DNA of 64,000 nucleotides from the human T2T-CHM13v2.0 reference genome, Homo sapiens: assembly GCF_009914755.1 (NCBI RefSeq), contig NC_060942.1; one strand, 5' to 3'. Below, piece by piece: positions 62,366-64,000 of the stretch (positions are counted from its first letter, which is position 1; each line of letters opens with the position of its first letter). The notes under the pieces were generated by a model, which made no database searches, had not been told where the DNA came from, and saw only the letters and a list, made by a program, of their open reading frames with translations. The translations under genes and the position numbers were made by a program.

Positions 62366-63834
62366 CTGTTGTGGAATTTCCAAATTCCAGCCCTTGAGCA
62401 AAACATCCTGTTGAAAAACTGAGTCCAATGAGACTCAAAACCCAGAATGCTTCATTAAGCAAAAATAATCCTTTCGATCCATCATTTTATCTCATTGGAC
62501 TTTAAGTACTATGCAAGGATTTGCTTTTTAGTTTGCTTGAATTCGGTTTGCTTCAATAGTTACTGTGTCCCGCACATAAATACACAACTGACAAATGCAA
62601 AGACCCAGACAGCAGGTCCTTGGTTTACATCTGGAAGATTATCTTAGCCTTCTCCTGCATGGAAATATTACTTGTCTATATGGAAATGATGTGCTTGACA
62701 CTTCAAGGCTCTGATCCAGAAGGTAAGACCATTATGTGAGTCAAATCATCAATATGTAAGGGGTCACCTTTTTTCTCTTGCATAAAGAGTGCACCTCCTG
62801 GGTGCTCTATTTAAGCTCACTGGTGTACTTGGATGAAACTGACAATGTTTTGTATCCCACCAGATTCTCTATGGCTGTGGTTTTCTTCAGGTCAAGGGAA
62901 GAGTTGAGTATGGCTAAGACTTCAATCTACACTAGTATCTTTCTAATTAAAGCCTGCCAAAGAGGGTGGGGTGGGAAGGAAGAGATGTAATCCATTGTTA
63001 TTTTATCTGAAGGCATGAGTCCTCTCAGAAACCAGGTGATTATCTCTCTGATCATATAGAATTACATAATCTGGATTCTTGCCTAAAATGCTTGCTTTAT
63101 ATATTTTATCGTCTGCTTTCCCTTTTAGTAATCTATTTTAAAATGCTGCTTAAATGGTCTCAATATGAAAGGCTAAAAAAGATAATTTAGGGTGAAATAT
63201 AAGCTGTACTCAGGGCTTCGAGGAGAATGCCCATCAATATTGAGTTCCACTTTCTCTTTTAGATGGGTTGCTTGGAACTTAACACGTTCATACCATTATC
63301 TCTAAATTACCATTTATAATAAACTACATTGCAGTCCACTGAGGAATGTTACTAATTAATGTTGTCTCATAGAACTTTTCAAACCATAAAATAAAAGCCA
63401 CAGCCTTGTGTTTCTGTCTGTTCGGTCTACATTTTATTATAAGTAATTATTTAGATTTATTATAAAATCTATTCTAAAAATTCCATTGTATGAGGAATTA
63501 GGAAATATTAATGGTGAGGGTGTCAATTCTAAACTCCAGCACCCATGTGTAAAGGAGTTTCTCCCTGTCCCGTCCTTTTCTGAATGTATGTTTGTGTGGA
63601 GGGGGTTAGGAAGAGGGGGTGTCATGCATTATGGGGACTCTTCGGTGGTAGCTTCAGCAGGGTCGCCGTGGAAGGTCTCCTGAGAGTGCTTTATGAAATC
63701 AAATATCTTATTATTTCCTCAACAGGTAATTCCATTGAGAATGAGGTCACGACTTAAAAAACTTTTTACTCCTTGATTTATTACAATGACCTTTGCCCTT
63801 GGACATCCAGGAACTACTAGCTGGTGTGTAGGAT

Positions 63835-63992
63835 CTTTTTTTTTGGAGACAGCCTCACTGTGTTGCCCAGGCTGTAGTGCAGTGGCAGGATCTCAGCTCT
63901 CTGCAACCTCCGCCTCCTGGGTTCAAGCGAGTCTCCTGCCTTAGTCTCCCGAGTACCTAGGATGACAGGCATGCGCCACCATGCCCGGCTAA
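63835..63992 (-). mobile_element. Alu (runs off the window end)
   Basis: T tail plus Alu right arm. Confidence 0.88.
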
Positions 63993-64000
63993 GCTTTTGT

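Overview
This is primate, almost certainly human, genomic DNA: the RAX-CPLX4 retinal locus, recognised from its protein sequences (known location 18q21.3). It contains two complete minus-strand genes. RAX has 3 coding exons (289+254+498 nt, 346 aa paired-type homeodomain protein) inside a large CpG-island domain. CPLX4 has 3 coding exons (167+88+228 nt, 160 aa complexin-4 ending in the CAAX motif CSVM). The window opens with a full-length but inactivated L1PA (about 6.13 kb, 13-bp TSD). The remainder is ordinary interspersed repeats (about 17 Alus, old L1M, L2, MIR, MLT1, MER5A, MER63-like) plus several homeodomain-site clusters that look like retinal enhancers. I see no wholly new biological system. 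The best unexplained signals are: (i) a candidate in-frame 24-nt microexon in CPLX4 intron 2; (ii) a candidate distal terminal exon beside the RAX upstream enhancer that would give a CAAX-less 88-aa CPLX4; (iii) a phased duplicated GGATTAATTAGTT composite element; (iv) a 40-nt double-hairpin insertion with A-tail and TSD; (v) an old L1 with twin-priming inversion geometry; (vi) an alternative upstream RAX exon and an NMD-escaping exon-2-skipped RAX product. Repeat boundaries and subfamilies were called by eye and are approximate.
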